A stretch of DNA of 62,038 nt, filler included, from Choristocarpus tenellus KU-1152 (taxonomy: Eukaryota; Protista; Phaeophyceae): the NCBI GenBank assembly GCA_964200185.2. It is 13 parts of 13 records of this genome, joined end to end, with 100 filler letters (N's around TTAATTAATTAA, not from the genome) between each part and the next. Parts side by side here need not be neighbours in the genome. Positions count along the whole stretch, not along the records: positions 36,130 to 38,924 come from CAXNAD020024687.1; positions 39,025 to 43,484 come from CAXNAD020014441.1; positions 43,585 to 47,334 come from CAXNAD020018161.1; positions 47,435 to 52,963 come from CAXNAD020010513.1; 9 more parts are not named here. One strand, given 5' to 3'. The notes under the pieces are model-generated. The model saw only the letters and a list, made by a program, of their open reading frames with translations. It made no database searches and was not told the DNA's origin. Shown in pieces: positions 36,729 through 49,748 of this stretch. The stretch's first letter is position 1. The number at the start of each line of letters is the position of its first letter. The position numbers and the translations under genes are program-made.

Positions 36729-38784
36729 TTGATGAGGCGGCGCTCTCATGTTCTACATGAGATGCTCAAGGGATTTGTGCTCAGAAAGGACATCAATGCC
36801 ATGGCCTCTTGCCTGCCCTCTAAGGTATGTACACAGGGCAGATATGTATATATGGCATATCATAGACTCAGTACCTTTTTATGACATCTGACCGACTTTT
36901 TTTCTCCCGGGCATATCATTTCAACATATCATTTCAACATATCATTTCAACATATCATTTCAAGATATGGAAGATCTCTCTTCTCTTCCTGAGGTCTCTG
37001 AATACCTTGACAGTCAAATTCTTTTCTTGTAGTGGTTGTTAGTATAAAGACATTGAAAGGTACTCTTTTTTGTAGTGGTTGTTAGTATAAAGACATTGAA
37101 AGGTACTCTTTTTTGTAGTGGTTGTTAGTATAAAGACATTGAAATGTACTCTTTTTTGTAGTGGTTGTTAGTATAAAGACATTGAAAGGTACTCTTTTTT
37201 GTAGTGGTTGTTAGTATAAAGACATTGAAACGTACTCTTTTTTGTAGTGGTTGTTAGTATACAGACATTTAAAGGTACTCTTTTTTGTAGTGGTTGTTAG
37301 TATACTGACATTTAAAGGTACTCTTTTTTGTAGTGGTTGTTAGTATACTGACATTTAAAGGTACTCATCTGATTCATGCACGATTGGTCATTACACTATC
37401 CAAGGTAATAAATAATATAGTCAAGTGCTGCAAAGGTTACACACCTTTACTGTTGATGTACCTTTGAAGCAGTACTTCCTGATAGACAATTTAAGGTACA
37501 CTAAAGAAATATTTTTTTGGAAACTGATATTATTTTATTCCATTGACAAGAGAATAAAGCAATTAACACACCATGCATATATTGCTACCTCTAATAATCA
37601 CATACACACACCTGTGTCCCAAACCAATGAATAAAATCTTGTATGCCTGAGCAAGGTGGTGAAAACAGAGATTGTGCTCAGTGTCAAGCAATCAGAAGAG
37701 CAGTTGAATTGTACAAGGGAAGTGATAAGGAGGTTATGGTGAGTCAAGTCAAGTCAAGAACATTGTATAGAAGCTGGCCCTGCTAACCCTAACCCTGAAG
37801 ACTGTTTAGTTTTGCTCTTTTTTATGTTTGCTAGGAATAAATGAATAAGAATAAGAATAATAATTGAAAATATAATAATTAAGCAAATAAGATTGGATTT
37901 ATGTAATAAAAAAAAACTATTTGAATTGCTTACTATTTTATTTTTTTCAAATAAAAAAACTGTCGCAGATATTTTTTTTTGCATTTTTTTTATTATCACT
38001 GTTTTTCTTTCTCTTGCTGAGCAGGAATTTTCTCGAGGAAATTTACTTATGAAATCATATTATTTAATTTTGAAGTCCCTTTGGCGAGAAGGGGTTACAG
38101 TACGATCATCCACCTCCCTCGTTTATTTTTATTTTTATTTTTATTTTCTATTCGCTTGTGGTGGAAAAAATATGTATCTATATTTATATATTTATATATA
38201 TATCTATATTTATATCTTTATATATATATCTATATAAATTTATATAGATATGTCAACACCAACGGCTTCGTTGTGTGAACTGTAGACCCCAAAAGAGACC
38301 TCTGAACAACCACATTCTATAAACAGAGATATCTCACATGACAGTCACATCAAAAAAAAAAAAAGATTGTTCGAAAAGATGGGTACATCAAAAAAAAAAA
38401 TCCTCCGGAGGCGCGTGCGTATGTATCACACATCGTATCGCCCGTGCGTTTGTGTGTACGTGTGTATGGGCTTGATGGTGTCTCAAGAGTATCAAGAGTA
38501 TCGCCAACCTCTCTCTCTCTCTCTCTCTCTCTGTTGACCCATGCTGTAATGATGTGAGGATTGGGAAGAAGAGGGGTCTCCTCTTGAAGCTCTTGACCGA
38601 CCTGACTCTTGTTTGGGTACACCCAGAGGCATATCGCATGAAGCAGGCTGTGGAGGAGGCAAGATCGTCGACGCCATCATCACCATCACCATCACCATTA
38701 GTACCATTGGTAGAAGCCATTTCCCCCTCCAGTGAAGAGGCGGATTTTGATGTAACTTCTTCTACCAATGGTGATGATCTTGAG
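36729..38784 (+). CDS. ATRX/RAD54L2-like SNF2 helicase, internal exons
   Basis: Exons 36729-36824 (LMRRRSHVLHEMLKGFVLRKDINAMASCLPSK), ~37656-37738 (KTEIVLSVKQSEEQ) and ~38559-38784 (LLTDLTLVWVHP). They parallel the ATRX-family segment MKxRxHxLxxxLxGxVQRxD...LPxKxEYVxxV...IWxHP. Confidence 0.78.
36912..36963. repeat. 13-bp tandem repeat x4 (CATATCATTTCAA)
   Basis: Read directly. Confidence 0.92.
37021..37367. repeat. 43-bp intronic minisatellite x8
   Basis: GTAGTGGTTGTTAGTAT starts at 37029, 37072, 37115, 37158, 37201, 37244, 37287 and 37330. Confidence 0.97.
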
Positions 38785-38867
38785 GTTAGGGTTAGGGTTA
38801 GGGAGAGATAGCACTAACATTCAAAGAAGGGCGGGGGGGGGGGGGGGCCGGGGGAGGGTTTTTTTTT

Positions 38868-38924
<57 letters not shown>

Positions 38925-40993
38925 NNNNNNNNNNNNNNNNNNNNNNNNNNNNNNNNNNNNNNNNNNNNTTAATTAATTAANNNNNNNNNNNNNNNNNNNN
39001 NNNNNNNNNNNNNNNNNNNNNNNNTATCTCTCAGACGTATGCAACCAAATTTACCCAACCTCGCAACATGAAAAATTGACCGCAAATGGACAGCCGCCAC
39101 CCCCCCCCCCCAGATACTTTGAGCCTCACTACAGCAATATGGGCACCTTCGTTGTAGAAATCGAAGAAGATCATCGTTGCTACTCTGGACTGTTTTTTGT
39201 AGCACTGGGGATTGCTAGATATAGTATAGCGTACGCCATTGTCCTCTTCTTCTTCATTGTTGTTGTCGCTGTTGCCACTGTTGCTGCTGCAATGAAGGCA
39301 CTATCACATGCATGCTTCATGTGTCGTGACAATGATGACAACCAATGTATATATGACAAAAAGATGACACAATGCAAAGGAACAGAGCCACGTCATACAG
39401 ACAGTGAAAATATTGATAAGTGTATAGAATTGTAGGCCACGCTTGTAGTTACAGGGTGATTGTAAGACTTATCCCCACACCGTGACTCCCTTGAATCACC
39501 ATGCTCCTGCCAGACTCACCGACCAGACACAGAAAGTAGACGATACAGATATATTAGCAAATATACTTCAATAGGAAAAGAACACACTCATACAAACATA
39601 TGTTTGTAATTCACCCTCCTGTTCCTGTTCCCCTCAGTGAAACCATACCGTTGATCACAGGCTACATTGTTCTTACACAGTGACTGTATCGGTCACTCAC
39701 AACTTTGATATTGTTGTCGTGACTCACTCTGTCCACACTGTACAGAGAGTGTGACTAACAAAACGATAGTAGCACCCTAGAAATCGTACAGAATACGTAT
39801 CTATATACTTTACTCCCTTGGTCCCCCTGGAGTAACTTCATTCATCTTGGTGAAACCATACGACAACTCACCCACCACCACTTTAGACCCTAAAGTACAC
39901 GCCATTGATATTTTCGGTTCTCAACAGCATCTTAGCATCTAGAATCCACCCCCCACATGAGCTTACCAAACAATCAGTAGATAGGAAATTGTATGACCCC
40001 TTTGTCCACAAAATGACAAGTGAATTAGTGCCACGGTTAACGGTAGATCTGTCCAAAGACTGTCAACCCTTCGTAATCTTCTTACCCAAGTCAAAGAGGG
40101 AGCATGAGGACAGAGTCAAGGCCCGTATTATCCTAGAAGGTGTGTGTGTTGTGTTTAGCTCAAGTGGGGTCCATTCAGGGCTTGATGGGGTTGTAAGATA
40201 TCCTGCTTGAAGACCGTTTTTCTGGTGATTTTTTTACAGGTTTGGTCTAGGGTGGGGGATGGAAAAGGAAGCATTCAGATGAAGGAAAATGTCCTTGTAT
40301 CTGTCATGTTAACTCATATGACATGAAAACACTTCAGGGTCACACAAGCTCCGAATGGACATCTGAGCCTCCCTCTAGGATATATATTGATTGAGCTGCT
40401 GCTGCAAATACAAATGGAGATGATCACCTGGTTAATCCCCTCTGATTTTCCCCAGTCACTCTTGTTTACAAGGGATTATACACAAGTTATAATCATAGAG
40501 CCAATGATATTGCTTCATTCAGTCCTGTCTATCAGTTTATTAGCCTGGTAGTCTTTATCAGCACAAGGTATAGCCTGATCATCTAAATGAGGATCGTTTG
40601 ATCAGCCACATTAGCTTTCACACCCACGAAAGTGTAGTTGGGTTGTGGTTTCACAAGTCTCAGCAGAAAAACAGTCCAAGAGGCATGCATAAATGAAGAC
40701 CATGAAGAGGACTCGGACACAAAGAAAATAGTGACCAAGGATATTGTATTTCCATCCTCTTTAATTATTCTACCCCTGCTATTCCATACTACAAGAGAGG
40801 ACAACAATATAACCATGCCAAAACTCAAGGTCATATTTTCCTCTCCAAATTATGGAAGCTCTTTTTCACTAAGAATCACTTCTTCTCAGCTATTGACGAA
40901 GTATTTGTTCTCTATGAGGGATGTCGGACAATATCTCCATGTTACACTACACCAATGCTACTAGAGCCTTTCCAGCAAACTTTTTAGCATTTT

Positions 40994-42610
40994 TCACAAT
41001 CCAAACACCTTCCCACCTTGACATGTTTGTGAGGTCACTGGAAAACAATAATTATTGTTTCAGGTGAACACAATAGAAGGAACGAAGAAAACCAACACAC
41101 TGTTGTGCCTCACAGGTCCACAGCCCACATCATTGTTGCAGGTGACTCAGAGGGGCCTTGGGGTACACTCAACTCTAGCAAGCAGTAAGATTACTCATGA
41201 AGGATAAGTAAATCTTGCTGCTAGAACAAGTTTGCCAGCAAGTTATTTAAAGGGTATACATATATATTCTTCCAGCCACTTATCTTTGTGAAAAGCACGT
41301 CAACCATTCATTTGAAATCCCACTCCAGTCTTGATAAAGATATTCTTGTTTCCCATCACTAACTTTGGGCCGTCTCTAGGTCTGCACCCCAGGAGGTAAA
41401 TGAAACAGATCCATACCATAGGTCATGAGTAAAATGTTTATGGAACCGCCCAAGTATGTTGGACCAACGAAAAATATCAATGGTGTATCATCTACAAACC
41501 AACAACAAGCCAGTGAACAGAGGGGAAAGGGAAGGAAAGTGATATAATTGGTTAGTGGTTTTGAAACAGAATGGCAATAATGTGCATACTATGTTGATGT
41601 TCTGCTGGATTCACAAGTAAAGCTCATACCAAACTAACCCCAAGAAGAAACAAGGAAGTTAGACAATCCGATGTGATGTTGTCAAGCACAGAGGGCGGAC
41701 AAGGCGTAAAATCATATGAGCATCCATCACACTTTTCTCACCGCAAAAAGGAATGAAGTACAGAGCAGCCACAACTGAGGAGAGACCCATCATGAAGTTT
41801 GCAAAGACAATCCGGATAACAAATATCTTTCGCAACACCTTCTCGTACATCAATTCTCTTGAGGATGGTAATATTGCACTGATGGGCACCTCTTCTGTTG
41901 AGGATGGTGTTCTTGTACTGATGGAAGATGTAAGTTCTTTCATCAGATCTTTCAACTTCTTCGTTGCTAGCATAATCAACGTTCCTGTAAAAACCATGCC
42001 TGCTGTTCCTGTTGTGAGTGTATACTTGAAGGCAAGCTTTGCCTGGATAAATTGAAAATATGCAAAATATATGAGGTGGAATGACTCAAGGCATCGAATA
42101 AGTTTCCCTCTCAATTAAAGTTGCGTGTGTGGAGCTATCTTTCAAAAGCAAGGGCATCTTGATTCAACAAGCAGATAGTGCTACACTGATATGGCCAGCA
42201 TAAAGAACACTTTGAAGTATACTTTTCGTTTAATTGCCCTTCAATACAATCTTTTGTCTCACACATCCCCTTGTTCAATGGACAAGCCCTGACCATCAAG
42301 AGTATCTCTCTTTATATATATATTAATATATTAATCGTTCTATGAGAAGTTTTGTATGTGCAACGTTTCCCTAGGGCCTCAACTCACACCAACACAGGTT
42401 ACGGCACGACTTTTTACACATTTTGCATATTACACAGTACTACGTAAATTCTGCAGAGGATATATTAATTCTCTAGGGTTTACTCACATCATTGAACAGT
42501 GCACCGTAGATGCCCCCACAAGCAACAAAAATGGCCAAGCCTATTTTTATTGCCATTATCTTCTCCTCCGACTCTTTGGTGAGGAAAAAGTTCATCACCA
42601 TCTGCATTTT
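40994..42610 (-). CDS. Multi-pass (7TM-like) membrane protein, 3' exons
   Basis: Phase-compatible exons ~42610-42488 (IGLAIFVACGGIYGALFND|gtgagt), 42042-41742 (TGTAGMVFTGTLIMLA...IVFANFMMGLSSVVAALYFIPFC, G|gtgaga), 41491-41417 (DTPLIFFVGPTYLGGSINILLMTY) and 41037-40994 (stop). Four hydrophobic helices with a long loop; 5' boundary uncertain. Confidence 0.6.
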
Positions 42611-42866
42611 CTGTCCAAGTAGAAGGTCATGATAGCAACAGCTGAATATTGATATACTTTGCATATGGTAGCCTGGGTGCTTGCACTCCTCAAACAACAA
42701 GCTCAAGAATGCAACACTTTTTACAATAACAATGCCTTCATCAGGTCCCTCCAAGACAGAAACACTTCTATTTCTCTGTGTTTCCTTTTCAAGGAGCAGG
42801 TAATGGGCCTTGCCATGTTTGGTACATTCGTGGTGACTACTCCAATAGTATATTGAGCAATGCACT

Positions 42867-43125
42867 GAGTGAAAGTATCTTAGAGGGTACGAGTTTTTCC
42901 CTGATTGTCCATTTGGGGCTTGGCTTCCCACGGGTTTTTAATGACATTTTACCTACTCCAAAATGTTTTGGAGTAGGTAAAATGTATACGTTATGAAAAG
43001 GTGTGTCCGCAACAAGGATATTGACACTTCCTAACAAACAGGATAGCTAAATTTACATCAAAATTGTAACATTGGATTTTGACCCCCAAATTGACGTGGC
43101 TATTCCCTCTGAGATACTTTGACTC
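42867..43125 (-). mobile_element. MITE family A, full length, TSD ACT
   Basis: ACT|GAGTGAAAGTATCTTAGAGGGTAC...GAGATACTTTGACTC|ACT. Confidence 0.95.
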
Positions 43126-43172
43126 ACTGAGTGCAGTAGTGCTTCTTCCAATTGCGTACAACACAAGCAAGT

Positions 43173-43429
43173 GAGTGAAAGTACTTAGAGGGTACGAGTT
43201 TTGCCCTGTTTGTCCGTTTGGGACTTGACTTCTCATGTTTTTTTTAAATTACATTTTCCTACTCCAAAATGTTTCAGAGCAGGTAAAATTTATACGTTAT
43301 GAAAAGCTGTGTACAGAAAAAGAATATTGACACTTCCTTACAAATATTATAGCCAAATTACATCAAAATCGGAACATCGCATTTTTGCCCCCAACGGACA
43401 CGTCTCTACCCTCTAAGATACTTTGACTC
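43173..43429 (-). mobile_element. MITE family A, full length, TSD AAGT
   Basis: AAGT|GAGTGAAAGTAC...TAAGATACTTTGACTC|AAGT. Confidence 0.93.
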
Positions 43430-43584
43430 AAGTCCCCCCAAATCAGGATCTGTTCCTCTTCACAGGATCCATGCATCTAGATCGNNNNNNNNNNNNNNNN
43501 NNNNNNNNNNNNNNNNNNNNNNNNNNNNTTAATTAATTAANNNNNNNNNNNNNNNNNNNNNNNNNNNNNNNNNNNNNNNNNNNN

Positions 43585-46500
43585 ACTGTGCCCCCCCACG
43601 CCGCTCTTCCGACCCCCTCCTTCCTCCTCCTCCTCCTCCTCCTCCTCCTCCTCCTCCTCCTCCTCCTCCTCCTCCTCCATCGCCTTCACCTCCACCTCCC
43701 TGGCCAACCTCTCCGTGCTGTAAATATCCTCCAAACGCCTTACAAGGCGTCGAACAGTACTATCCTTACCACTCCAGAGCATGCTTACCACATCCTGATC
43801 ACCAAGCAGTCTCAACGGTGGTGGGGGTGGGAACATTACACCATCACGCCTCCCAGTGCTCTCATCCTCTTTCCCAACAATGCCATCCAACATAGCACCT
43901 GCATGTCTGCCCCTCCCCCGCCCATTGCCCTTGAGCAGGCGTTGCAGCTTGCCGCAGCTACCACCACCGCCTGCATCATAATCCTTCATCTCAACATCGT
44001 CACCCCTTTTCAGATCAACATCTGCTGCCCCTGACCCTGACCCTGGCCCTGGCCCTGTCACACCCCCAGGTTGCTTGCTCAGGAACCGATAAACTGACCC
44101 AAGGACTGTGATAAGGCTCTGCACCCGCTGCTCCATGACAGCCCTGCCCTCTTCATCAGCTCCCTAAGTTGCATCAATTCAATTCCATTTATTTATTTTA
44201 TCACATGCGTGTATATGTTCGAGACAATTAATTCCAAATAAGAAAAAAACAAGGGGCAAGTGAAAAAAAAGCGGATGAGATCAGACATCAAGAGGAAAGA
44301 GAAGAGGGACTAACCAACATTCATCGTGTGCCATACATAATTATGTATGGTTCATCAACACAAGTCAGAAGGGGAGGATCCCTTCGCGTGTAGCATATGA
44401 AGAGGCAGACATGCAAGAAGAGCAGAGAGAGGGTGCACAAAATAAAATATAATTAAATTCAATTAAAACATTAATCCCGACTGCAATTAAAACTTGTTTG
44501 CCCCAAAGCTATAATATATATATATAAATATATATAAATTTAATCAAAAGATACTACTGAAGGATATGTGATTCACATGTTACTAGTGCTCACTATTAGG
44601 GTTAGGGTTAGGGTTGAATGTTTACGTATGGGGATGGAGGGGGAGTTTTTCACTTTAATTCCAATACACTTGATATTTCAAGCACAAGCCACTCACAGCG
44701 AGCTTCACTCTCTGTACTATCAGAAATAAATAAATAAAACAAGGTGTGATAATATATTTTTTTAACACACACAGAAGCGCCTAAAAAGTATAATGTACTA
44801 ACTAAAAAATAGAGACAACAGACGTAGTACATACCATCTGCACATTTCAACCAGGTAGTCCATCCAACCACACCACACTTGTGACAACCACACGCACATA
44901 ACACTGCACATAACACGCACATAACACACACATAACACACACATAATACACACCTGTTGCGTCCAGAAGTGGTTGACGCTGTTGTTCTTCATCAAGGCAG
45001 GAGGAAGTTTCCGACGTTCATACTCCACATAGCGAAGCTAACCCCCCAAAAAAGAAAAAATCACGTACATACAAACATACAAACATATATAAACATATAA
45101 ACATACATACAAACATACATGCATCCACCAACACAAGAGTTACATTGTGTCAAAAATAGGCAACACAGAAACATGGCAGAGAGCACAGGAGGCAGAAGAA
45201 GGGAATATCCTTGTCAAAAGGAGGGGGGGGGGAGGGGTTGGGGCTAAGGCAGGTTTTGATGAAATCACCAAAAACAGGCTTTAAAAAAAAAATCAAGGTG
45301 TGAATGAATGTAAACATGAAATGCACATATCTTACAACCTAGCAAGACTTTAAATGATTAAGAAACAAAAACACACGCAAACAACCTTAACCCTAACCCT
45401 AACATACACACACTCTAATCTTTCATCATCCACATACATATTCATCTACATGTCTTCCCAACATTTCTTACATACTATAAAATAAATGTACCTACAAAGA
45501 AGAAAAAATAAATCCTTTCATTCAAAGTTCCAGACCTGACCTTTTCCCAACAAACAAACAAACAAAAAAGAGAGGAAGATAAAACAACCATTTCCATCCA
45601 AAGCAAAACCACATTGTACGTCCACAGCAGTCCCCCATACAGACATCTACACTTAAAAGGTCAAAATATCTGCCCGCCTGCCATGCCCAGGTTACCCTTG
45701 GAGGTGCAAGGCCAGCCAGCAAGTTAGGTTTCACTCTCTCTCAGCACCACACACAATGCCAGCACTGCACGCCTGCCTAACAAAACAAAAACTGCAAAAT
45801 CCACTATCTATCATCCCTCCCACCTTAACCCTAACCCTAACCCTAGACAAGCATACCTGCATGGCCGCAAACCGCCTCAGCCAGGTGGGGCAGTGGTCTC
45901 CCAACGCTGCAGGACCAAACCCATGCAGCTTCAACGCCTCTTCTTCATCAGGACTCATACGGGCATCTGCTGAGGCCTGTGCAACGCATCATGTATTATG
46001 AAACCCAGAAAACACATACAAAAACAATAGACACATAAAATAAAAATATAAGGGGGGTGAGTGAGGGAGGGGAGGGCATGGGGACATGGCATGGCATGAC
46101 ATGACATCAAATGGTTTTACCACCTATTCAAAAGCACCAATCAACCCTGAACGAAGGCATGGCAATACAGATAGGGTTAGGGTTAGGGTTAGCATCAATA
46201 CAGATAGGCATAGCACCATTACCAAACAAACAAATCGACAATATTTCATCTTAGCAACCAACTAGCCAAGACAGCGGCGTACAAGCAAGAGCGAGGCTTG
46301 CAAGGGGGGCCGCACAAGGTTCGTCAAGAGGTCCTAACCCTAACCCTAACCCTAACCCTACACACATACACCACTTACATCAAATCAAGAAACACCTACA
46401 ACATGAAAAAATAAAAATAACCGAATTTTAAAATACTCCTACGTACAAATATATATATATATATATATTTATTTACCACGGAGTAGAAGACCACAAGACC

Positions 46501-46848
46501 AAAGTAAGACAAGAACACACCATCCCCTAACCCTAACCCTAACCCTAACCCTAACCCTAACGACAGCCAAAATATCCCCCACTCCATCCACACACCCCCA
46601 CCAACCAGCTCCCCCTCCACCGCTCTCTCCCCCCCTTTCATCATACCTGCCACAAAACCCACCCACCTGTATCAACGTCTTGAATGTCATCAACGGTCCA
46701 AACCCCCGCAGAATCTCCTGAAGGGCACCAACCCCTGTGAACCTCATGAAATTTCCCCTGCAACTGTGAGTTCCACAAAGGCATGTAGACTTGTTTGACT
46801 CTGTCTCACTGTTGGTCACCGAGTAGTAGTCCATGGTGAGCTCCTCAC
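43585..46848 (-). CDS. ATXR3/SDG2-like SET-domain histone methyltransferase, C-terminal exons
   Basis: Exons 46848-46667 (GEELTMDYYSVTNSETE...CLCGTHSCRGNF), 45976-45857 (..CPTWLRRFAAMQ), 45037-44954 (LRYVEYERRKLP) and 44163-contig end (MEQRVQSL...PPPLRLL..VVSMLWSGKDS). SET end, post-SET and SDG2-type C-terminal motifs appear in order with consistent splice phases. Confidence 0.88.
46526..46561. repeat. Interstitial (CCCTAA)n telomere-like tract, one of many
   Basis: Others at ~7463, 38785-38803, ~44598, ~45388, ~45825, ~46172, ~46334 and ~46997. Confidence 0.9.
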
Positions 46849-47598
46849 CTGGGAGGGCGTTCACAGTTTTTCAAAATCGTGTAACTGCAAAATGTCAACA
46901 AGGGTCTTCCACTTCAAACTCAAGAGCTGTAGCCTCAACTTCTGTCCGAAACCACCTACAACAGCCGTGCATCCATATTAATACACTTATCTTAAGGTTA
47001 GGGTTAGGATTAGGATTAGGATTAGGGCTAGTGAAGTCAGACACCATTTACCCCCCTTTGCTCCCATGTTGACGCCAAATCATCAAGGCAACCCGTGTAT
47101 ACACAATCTACACAATCTACACAATCTACACAATCAAGAGCTGCCACCACACACACACACCCCAACCCCCAACAAGAACAATTTAGCGATTACTCAAGGC
47201 CAGTTGGTTGCAAAAGGAAGGCTGGGTAACTGGGTACCTAACTGGCGTCAGACAAGCATCGCACACAAAACACACACACGTAAACACACACACACACACA
47301 TAAACAAACAAACACACACACACACACACACACANNNNNNNNNNNNNNNNNNNNNNNNNNNNNNNNNNNNNNNNNNNNTTAATTAATTAANNNNNNNNNN
47401 NNNNNNNNNNNNNNNNNNNNNNNNNNNNNNNNNNGGGGGGGGGGGGAGGAGGGGGCGGGGGTGGAGGGAAGGTAGAGAGGAAGGGAATATGGAGGAGGAA
47501 AAAAGAAAAGGGTAAATAAAATAACATTTTTAATGTAACCTAGTAATGTCATGTTCTTGAGGAAAAATGAACACAACATAGCATCTATTCCACAAACA

Positions 47599-49400
47599 TC
47601 ATGGTACCGATGAGGTCCTGCCCCATGGCGAGGATGACCCAGGCTCAAGTGTTCCAGATGACAATGCCTGCTTGATTGAGGTAGCAAAGAGTTGCTCTGG
47701 GCTCAGGCGCACACGGCCACTGTGCTCAATATGTGCTGTGGCTGGTGTAATAGTCCCAGCATCCTGTTCTGGTGAGTTTCCTTGAACAGAGGCATGCGAT
47801 GGTCGATCTGGGGTGTCTACACGGAGGTAGCGTACATTCCTCCCTGTTCGGTAATCTGTTTTTTCAACCACCATGGTATCCAGGCACAACCATGCCTGAG
47901 GAGTGTGTACCCGGAAGCTCTTTCATAGGAAAGTGTGGAAAGTGTGGAACGGAAAATGCGGAGACCGGGTGTGGAGGGGGAGGAGCGGTCTTCAGTCAGC
48001 TTGAGTTCATTAGTGTTGGACTAAAGACAAAAAAACTAGTCAGGTAGGAATCTTACTTTGATGCAAGGGTCCGAAGCCTCCAATATTTTCACGAAAGAAT
48101 GAATGTGACAAAAATATGGATTTAGGATTTCTTCTTCGGAGGAAGACAGCACATTGCAACGCTCGACTCATTGCAGCTGTGCAATGGAAGACAATGCACA
48201 TTCGCAACACAAAATCACACACGCTCTAACCTGTGATGCGGATTCTATCTCTTCAAGACTGAAAAGTCCATAATAGTTGGCACACGCCACTACGCTGTGG
48301 ATGTTGTTATCCACTAGAAACACCTGGAGAAGCCGCAGACGTATCATTGAGGTGTGAATAGGGGGCCACAGATTGAGCATCATGGATCAAGAAGTGTTGC
48401 CTCCTCTTCATCCCTCTTTCGGGCGTTGAACACTCCGAATCTTCGACCATGCGACTCTATTATCACCGACAAAGGAATTCAAAAGAATAAAAAAATGCCA
48501 TTCCAGACAAAATCCAATAACCCCATAGTATGGAGCGAAAAACGCCCTTCCCCTGAGAATGATGTGAGTTGTTTAGCGTAACTTATAGTTTCAAAGCGAG
48601 GTCAGGAACATCTCTCTATCTAAAATATTATTGGCGAGTGGCAATACCTCGATGTTGATTGGGGGGAGACTCTCAGCCCTGCGCTTCAGGAGGTAATCAC
48701 TGTTGGTGAAGAGCTGCTCCACTGTGAAATACGAATCAGATCCGCTGGTTGTACGACTCGCCTTACACAGCACCCGCTCCACTATTTCACTGCGAAAGTG
48801 ACCAACGGCCACCAAAGTATCGGGAACAGGATCACACGCTTAGATCTTTCAGTGGTGACTCGATGGTTGGGTACTTGCGTAAGGAACGATCAATGTCAAT
48901 AGTGTAACGGAAAGTCATGATTATCAAAGTGCAACAGAGTACATGCTGTATTTAGTACCTTCCAGTCCGCGAGCCCTTGTAATCTGGGGACAAGCTCAGC
49001 GTTTCCACGACTTGACGCAATGAGTCCAGAAAAAGTTCACCATTGCCAAAGAATTTCACACCATTAAGGATGACCTTGGCGAGGAATACGTGAAAGTGGG
49101 CGGGTTGCTGCATAGGTTAGCAATGATTAGGGTCAGAAAACAGTGGGGGAAAACAATATCAAAGGAGTCACTTTGGTTGATGGTTGTACATCTGTAATCT
49201 TACTGATTCCACCGAACTCTCACATTTTCTCGGAGCAAGTCATTGATAGCTTGCTTGGGCTCCACATTGCTGTCGTTCAAGGGAATACAACTGAAGTGTT
49301 CAGGGAAGTCCTGAAAAACTGTTAAGACGCTATCACGGTTGCCCTCTCGGCAAAGTTTCTGTACAGTCTCGACAATATGCTCATTCATCCTCACTACCAA
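47599..49400 (-). CDS. Protein of unknown function, multi-exon
   Basis: Splice-compatible coding segments: ..QAINDLLREN|gtgaga (49224) to aag|VILNGVKFFG (49074); ..LCKASRTTSGSDSYFTVEQLF..; ..NYYGLFSLEEIE..; terminal ..CLDTMVVEKTDYRTGRNVRYLRV..*. Start codon not resolved. Confidence 0.6.
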
Positions 49401-49748
49401 CGACTACAGATCATCAATGCGAATACAGCACAGTCCAGGTTAACTCTTTGAGTTGGACCTTGAAAGTGGTCGTCGTTCTTGATCTGATTTGGAAGACTCA
49501 ACCAACAATTGGAACCAAATGTTACACTCTTTTTTGTTGTTGTTGGTATAGAGAACGAAGGCCTCACTTTCCCACCTTTTCAATTCTTTCTTGGGGAATC
49601 ACTTCGAAGTCATTACCTCGACATCCAACACTTGTGGAACCTTGAACATTGGAACGTTGGAACGTTGACAGAGCCGTGGCAACGAAGCAGTTCCTTGACA
49701 TTCCTTCTCGGTCACGTTTGTCATTTTCTTATTTGGGAAGAAAACAAC

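Noticed and set aside
37021-37367. CRISPR array
   Set aside because: Head-to-tail 43-bp units with no unique spacers, no cas genes, and located in a eukaryotic intron.
40540-40600. ADKDY as a Harbinger/ISL2EU transposase ADKGY motif
   Set aside because: An isolated short match with no other supporting motifs in frame.
43588-44034. Plus-strand 148-aa poly-Leu ORF
   Set aside because: Antisense shadow of the SET gene's poly-Glu exon.
46526-46561. True chromosome end
   Set aside because: Only ~6 units, internal to an intron, with unique sequence on both sides.
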